From: the human T2T-CHM13v2.0 reference genome, Homo sapiens
Length of the DNA stretch: 64,000 bases
NCBI RefSeq assembly: GCF_009914755.1
Contig: NC_060928.1
Strand: one strand, 5' to 3'
Shown: positions 57,400 to 64,000 of the stretch, piece by piece
How positions within the stretch are numbered: position 1 is the stretch's first letter
Layout of the letters: every line of letters starts with the position of its first letter
Made by a program: the position numbers and the translations under genes
Notes under the pieces: generated by a model
Databases searched by the model: none
What the model was told of the DNA's origin: nothing
What the model saw: the letters and a program-made list of their open reading frames with translations, nothing else

Positions 57400-58548
57400 T
57401 CTTTGTGTATAAAGACATCCATAGCAGGCTTTATCCAGCCAGCTTCTTTGGGATTCTTTATATGGTTTCAGGTCTATAGCATATCCACTAAAATATTCCT
57501 ACTTCAAAAGGCAATAAAGTAAGCGGTATTATCATTCTTCAAAAAGTTATAATGGTAGTGTAGGCATTCATAGTATGATTTAGTTCATTTGCTACTGTTT
57601 CTGTTCTATCACCATATTAACACTTTCCTACACAATTCTATATTCAGCTGGGTTTCAGTTGAGCACAAAGTCATCCTTGTACTACCACCGATAGCTGGCA
57701 CTAGCTCTTTGATATTGTTATCATTCTGCTGTAGAAAGTACCCTTGAACTGGAAAAAGACCACAATCGAATAGCTAGTCATCCAACACTATCAAATTTTA
57801 GGTGACTTTTTGAAAAAATAGTATCTCCTGTTGCAAGAAATGCTCCATCTGTGATTTCAAGTCTCTCGCTTGAGTGGATTGGATGGAAGTGGTGAATTTC
57901 AGCCAAAGTGGCCAAAGAAATCCTGTTCCTGTGATAATGATGCCATCAGCCTCTGTACCTGTGTCTTCCCTTCTGCCACATGTTGCCTGTTCTCCATGAC
58001 TGTGGTAAGAGCTTCCTTGTGTATGAGGATGATGTCCAGGATGTTGGTCTGGTGTCCCTGAGACAGCACTAACAGGTCCGTGGCTGGGTCCAGGTCCTTC
58101 CTGGACGGATTGGCAAGGAGCTCACTGATGTTCTTGAAGGCATCTCTGGTGAAGTGGATGGCCTAGTCAAGTTCCAAGGCCTGGCTGAGGCTGAAGAAAA
58201 ACTGGCCGCCTTCTGAAGCTCTTTCTAAAAGCCTGTCACTGTCATCTGCTTGCATGTCAACTCATTGCCTGTGAGGTTGAGCTGAGTGGCCTGTGCCCAT
58301 CTTCTTGGGGAAGTATTTGAAGCCATCAGTCTTGCTCTCCCACCCCTAAAGGTTGATGGTCACCACGTGGGGGTGTGCTGAGGGTCAGAAAGAAGCCAGC
58401 ACTCACCATCTCATCCTTCTCAGCCTTCCTCTTGCACTCTCTCCAGGCTGTCTCTTCAGTGGTGTTGGGATATATCAGAAAGTGATGGAAGATGTGGCAC
58501 TGTGCCCACACCCAGAAGCTGGCCATGTGGTTGGCTCATCCACCAGAA
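57400..58548 (-). pseudogene. SNX18P: Processed SNX18 pseudogene fragment (end of PX, BAR domain, probable 3' UTR)
   Basis: Minus-strand peptides [60 protein letters not shown] and RDLKSQMEHFLQQEILFFQKVT* match recalled SNX18; stops and frameshifts; no intron at the QKG/ALTKV junction; UTR portion 57400-57780 is less certain. Confidence 0.88.
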
Positions 58549-58549
58549 T

Positions 58550-60470
58550 GGATGCTCTGGTTGTTCTTTGAGCCAGCTTGGCCTTGCCTGGCATGCACAG
58601 GCCCCAGGTACAGACACGTTGCTCCGAGTGAACTTGTCCTGCCTTGGGCCAAATTCTGTCAGGCCAGGGCCACAAAAGGCCGAGTCCCACGGGTGGTAAT
58701 CCTGGCTGCTTTCTGCACTTCAACATAAAAGCTTCCTGAAGATGGTCTGTGGTCTGCCTCTTTGCAACCAAGAAGCCCGCAGTGCCATATGAGCCTTGAG
58801 GCATGGACTGGAGCCCCCAAGGCAGCGCACACCCTGCTCCTGAGCGTGCTGCTCATTTTCTCTGTGTGGCTCCATTTGTGTCACAGTTGTTGCACTGACT
58901 AGTGCATGCTGAGGAAGGCCAAGCTGGCTCAAAAAGCAACCGGCCACCTCTGCAAGGGTGTGCCTGGAGCTGGTGGACCAGCCACCAACCTGACTTGCTG
59001 CCGGTCGGGGTACATCAGTTCTTCTACCCTACAGGTAGGGCCACAGTGCTATCTGCTTTTCCTCAGGCCTCTGCTCCATCAGCCATCAGGAGGCAGCCCC
59101 TCAGGCTGTAGGAATCTGGCCATCCCTGCTTCCTTGAGTGGGTGAGGTTGGTGGTTGCTCCACCTGCTCCAGGCACACCCTTGCAGAGGTGGCTGCTTGC
59201 TCTTTGATCCAGCTTGGCCTTGCCTGGCATGCACAGGCCCCAGCTACCTATATGCTGTTCCAGGTCAGCTTGTAGTGTGTTGGGCCAAATTCTACCTCTG
59301 GCCAGGGCCACAGAAGGCCGAGTTCCCTGGGTGCTAATCCTGGCTGCTTTCAGCACTTGAACATAAAGTCCTCCTCAACACCGTCTGTGGTCTGCCTCTT
59401 GGCGACTAAGAAGCCTACAGTGCCATACGAGCCCTGAGACATGGACTGGAGCCACAAAGGCAGTGCACACCCCATTCCTGAGCCTGCTGATCATTTCCTC
59501 TTTATGGCTCCATTTGTTATACACTTGTTGCAGTGAGGCTTGTGCATGCCAGGCAAGGCCAAGCTGGCTCAAAGAGCAAGCAGCCACCTCTGCAAGGTGT
59601 GCCAGGAGCAGGTGGACCAGCCGCCAACCTCACTCACTGTCAGACATGGTACATCAGTTCTTCTACCCTAAAGGTGGGGCCGAGAAGTAGACCACAGGCC
59701 GTCTTGAGGAGGACTTTATGTTCAAGTGCAGAAAGCAGGCAGGATTACCACCCAGGGGACTCAGCCTTCTGTGGCCCACAGTGCCATATGAACCCCGAGG
59801 CATGGACCGGTACCATCTGCTTTATACAAAAATTAACTTAAGATAGATTAAAGAGTTAAACATGCCACCTGCTTTTCCTCAGGCCTCTGCTCCATCAGCC
59901 ATCAGGAGGCAGCCACTCAGGCTGTGGAAACCTGGCCATCCTGGCTTCCTTCAGTGGGTGAGGTTGGTGGCTGGTCCACCTGCTCCAGGCACACCCTTGC
60001 AGAGGTGGTTGGTTGCTCTTTGAGCCAGCCTGGCCTTGACTGGCATGCACAGGCCCCAGGTACTGACACGTTGCTCTGAGTGAGCTTGCCCTGCCTTGGG
60101 CCAAACTCTGTCAGGCCAGGGTCACAAAAGGCCGAGTCCCACGGGTGGTAATCCTGGCTGCTTTCTGCACTTCAACATAAAGGCCTCCTGAAGATGGCCT
60201 GTGGTCTGCCTCTTTGCAACCAAGAAGCCCGCAGTGCCATATGAGCCTTGAGGCATGGACTGGAGCCCCCAAGGCAGCGCACACCCTGCTCCTGAGCCTG
60301 CTGCTCATTTTCTCTGTATGGCTCCATTTGTGTCACAGTTGTTGCACTGACTTGTGCATGCCGGGCAAAGCCAAGCTGGCTCAAAAAGGAACCAGCCACG
60401 TTTGCAAGGGTGTGCCTGGAGTGATTGGACTAGCCATCAACGTCACCCACTCAAGGAAGCAGGGAATGCG
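58550..60470. repeat. Palindromic/tandem composite repeat (REP522-like), ~640-bp units with ~95-bp inverted arms
   Basis: Three related units; arm GGTGAGGTTGGTGG...CAGCTTGGCCTTGCCTGGCATGCACA and its reverse complement alternate; the REP522 name is from memory. Confidence 0.7.
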
Positions 60471-60520
60471 TGTTTGTACCATGCATTTCACTACAGGTAC
60501 ATTTTCCCTGAGGTTGGTGG

Positions 60521-62140
60521 CCTAGGTTTCTTCTAGATTTTTTATTGTTTTAGGTCTTGCATTTAACTCTTTCATCCATATTACTTAATTTTTGTTTAAG
60601 GTGTATGGGTGTGGCCCAGTTTCAGTTTTCTGCATAAGGCTAGCCAGTTTTCCCAAGATCACTTATTAAATAGGGTATCCTTTACCCATTGCTTGTTTTT
60701 GTCAGGTTTGTCAAAGATCAGATGGTTTTAGATGTGTGGTGTCATTTCTGAGGCCTCTGTTCTGTTCCATTGGTCTATAGATCTGATTTGGTACCAGCCC
60801 CATGCTGTTTTGGTTACTGAAGCCTTGTAGAATAATTTGAAGTCATGTACTGTGATGCCTCTAGCTTTGTTGTTTTTGCTTAGGATTGTCTTGGCTATGT
60901 GGGCTCTTTTTTGGTTCCATATGAAATTTAAAGTAGTTTTTCTAATTCTATGAAGAAAGTCAATGGTAGCTTAATTAGGATAGCAATGAATCTATAAATT
61001 ACTTTGGGTGGTATAGCACTCAGGCACAGAAATGTCCTTGTGTTAGGCAATACCATTCAGGACAGAGCCATGGGCAGAGACTTCATCACCAGAACACAAA
61101 AAGCAATGGCAACAAAAGCCAAAATTGACAAATGGGATCTAACTAAACTAAACAGTATCTGCTGTGCAAAAGAAACTATTATCAGAGTGAACAGGCAACC
61201 CACAGAATGGGAGAAAATTGTTGCAATCTATCCATCTGACAAAGGGCTAATATGCAGAATCTACAAAGAACAAACTTACAAGAAAAAAAACAAACAACCC
61301 CATCAAAAAGTGGACAAAGGATATGAACAGACACTTACCAAAGAAGACATTTATACAGCCAACGAACATGTGAAGCAAAGCACATCATCACTGGTCATTA
61401 GAGAAATAGAAATCAAAACCACAATGAGATACAATCTCACAGCACTTAGAATGGCTATCGTTAAAAAATCAGGGGACAACAGATGCTGGACAGGATGTGG
61501 AGAAATAGGAACGCTTTTACACAGTTGGTGTGAATATAAATTAGTTCAACCATTGTGGAAGACAGTGTGACAATTCCTCAAGGATCTACAACCAGAAATA
61601 TCATTTGACCCAGCAATCCCATTACTGGGTATATACCCCCAAAATTATAAATCATTCTAATATAAAGACACATGCACCTGTCTGTTTATGGCGGCACTTT
61701 TCACAAAACCAACGACTTGGAACCAACCCAAATGCCCACCAATGATAGACTAGATAAAGTAAATGTGGCATATATACACCATGGAATACTATGTAGCCAT
61801 AAAAAAGGATGAATCCACGTCCTTTGCTGGGACATGAATGAAGCTGGAAAGCATCATTCTCAGCAAACTAACACAAGAACAGAAAACCAAACACCACATG
61901 TTCTCACTCATAACTTGGAGTTGAACAATGGGAACACATGGACACAGGAAGGGGAACATCACACACCAGGGCCTGTCAGCGTGGGGGGCTAGGAGAGGGA
62001 TGGCATTAGGAGAAATAACTAATGTAGATCATGGGTTGATGGATGCAGCAAGCCACCATGGCATGTGTATACCTATGTAACAAACCTGCATGTTCTGCAC
62101 ATGTACCCCAGAACTTAAAGTATAATTAAAAAAAAAAGAA
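60521..62140 (+). mobile_element. 5'-truncated L1PA7/8-like element with 5' inversion (antisense 60521-61018, sense ~61043-62140, poly(A))
   Basis: Antisense part starts at L1 CCTAGG; sense part resumes at TAGGCAATACCATTCAGGAC; ORF 61004..61570 LGNTIQD...KAKIDKWD; L1PA 3' UTR and A tail. Confidence 0.85.
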
Positions 62141-63127
62141 ATTTGTTTTTAATTAAGCTTTTAATCATAGAACTTGTAAAGAAAACCCTTTTGAATCTTT
62201 TACTACCACATCATAGCTGGGACAAACTGCTGACGTTTTAAAAGTAACACAAATATCAAACAGAAAGAACTAGACTTAGGAACCAAACTCAGGTTTCTGT
62301 AGTGAACAGGGCAGAATCTTCACATTGGGTCACCACAGCTACTCCTTCAGTTTGGCCTTGGCTAGCAAAAGGGTGACCTTTTTATGTAGATGAGACCACT
62401 TACGTAAAAAAAAAGGTTTAAAAAATAATTTCTGCTAACTGGAATGCTTTTTGTTGTTGTTTATTTGTTTGTTTCTTTTTGCAGCCATAGGAGTTTTAGC
62501 CAATTCAGAGGCCTTGCTCCCTACAATTTGGAACATTCCTTTGGATTTGACCAAGTCAGGAAGAGATGGGAGAAAAGTGAAACAACAACAATAAAACCCC
62601 AAGCATAAACAAACAAAGAGTTAAGCAAAACAACAAATGCACAATTCATATGATTACTGAGTGTTCTAATGGTAAGGAGAAATTAAAAGCAGAAATTAAA
62701 AGCAGCTGGTGAGTAATCTTAAATTTTATTCATTAAGGAAAAATTTTAAGACAAAACTCTAATTCAGCTACTTACCTGGAAATAAGGCTCAGGCTGGTGG
62801 TCGTTCTCTGCCATCTTAGAAGCTGGAAAAAACTTACACTCACCTTCCCTGTCAGAAGCAAGCTGAAACTCAGGAAAGGAGGTGCCTGCTCTCCATCATC
62901 ATGGAAGCAGGAAAACTTGCCTTCTTTGTTGGAAATGAGTAAAACTTCAGAAAAGGAGTTGTACAGCAAAATCAACCTTAGTTCTCAACCAGATTTTGGG
63001 AGATCAGGGAACCTCTGCAGGGGAGAAGCTCCACAACCTCAGCAAATTATCCGTTGATTTGGGCAATAAAGATAGCCCAGGTTGGTATCAAGCAATAATG
63101 AGATTTATCAAAGGTCAGGACCACCTT
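62141..63127 (-). mobile_element. ERV1 (MER4-group) internal fragment
   Basis: GGAAGCAGGAAAACTTGCCTTC...AAGGAGTTGTACAGCAAAATCAACCTTAG...GATTTTGGGAGATCAGGG motifs recalled from MER4-group leader/gag remnants. Confidence 0.55.
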
Positions 63128-64000
63128 TTTATGTCTTTCTCTGTCTTTTTTTATCTTTATTGGTATATACGTTTTGTCAAAACTAGGAGTGCAACACCTG
63201 CTTTTTTCTGTTTTCCGTTTGCTTGAAAGATTTTTCTCCATTCCTTTATTTTGAGCCTATGTATGGCACCGCATGTGAGATGGGTTTCTTGGAGACGGCA
63301 TACTCAAATGGGTCTTGGTTCTTTATCCATCTTGCCCCCCTGCGTCTTTCAATCAGAGCATTTAGCCCATTTCCATTTAAGGTTAGTAATGGTATGTGTG
63401 GATTGGATCCTGTCGTCATGCTGTCAGCTGGTTATTTTGCAGACTTGTGTATGTGGTCGGTTTTTAGCATCACTGGTCTGTGTACTTCGGTGCATTTTTG
63501 TAGTGGCTGGTGATGGTCTTTTCTTTCCATATTTAGTGCTTCATTCAGGAGCACTTGTAAGGTAGATCTGGTGATAATGAATTCTCCCAGCATTTGTTTG
63601 TCTGAAAAGGGTCTTGTTTCTCCTTCACTTATGATGCTTAATTTTGCTGGACATGAAATTCTGGGTTGAAATTTCTTTTCTTTTTTTTTAACCATTTAAC
63701 TCTCTAGCTCTCATTTTAACCATTTTAACTCTCTAGCGGCCTTTAACATTGTTTCTTTCATTTTGACCTTGGAGAATCTGATGATTATATGTCTTGGGGA
63801 TGATATTCTCGTGGCATATCTTACTGAAGTCCTCTGGATTTCCTGAAATTGAATGTTGGCCTGTCTGGCTAGGTTTCGGACATTCTCATGAAGGATATTC
63901 TGAAGTATGTTTTCCAAATTGGTTCCATTCTCCTCATCTCTTTCAGGTACATTAATCAGTCATAGATTTGGTCGTTTATATAATCCCATATTTCTCGGAT
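63128..64000 (-). mobile_element. Older L1PA/L1PB fragment (ORF1 C-terminus and ORF2 start), runs off the window
   Basis: ORFs 63432..63695 (FQPRISCPAKLSIISEGE) and 63711..63917 (NLARQANIQFQEIQRT...PRHIIIRFSKV) match L1 ORF1. Confidence 0.88.

Overview
Primate (very likely human) pericentromeric or acrocentric-type sequence, not prokaryotic. Bases 1-11449 are a human satellite 3 (CATTC)n array that ends abruptly against a repeat-dense block resembling a segmental duplication. That block carries a CpG-rich promoter and two 5' exons. The second exon encodes MFPVSSGCFQEQQETNKSL, a ZNF717-like N-terminus that I recall also starts MAFIP/TEKT4-pseudogene transcripts. Downstream are a solo LTR6 and a complete 14.2-kb MER57-type provirus (two LTRs, tRNA-Leu PBS, GTTC TSD) holding a nested full-length L1PA3-like element, a MER52 LTR, Alus and a 35-bp VNTR. 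These are followed by a MaLR provirus, old L1s, many Alus, Tigger1 and Tigger4, a 48-bp CER satellite array, an HSAT5-like array, an MST element, a processed SNX18 pseudogene, a palindromic REP522-like repeat containing SNX18-derived pieces, and a twin-primed inverted L1. I see no intact protein-coding gene; the many ORFs are satellite or transposon artefacts. Family names come from recalled consensus sequences and were not confirmed by a search.
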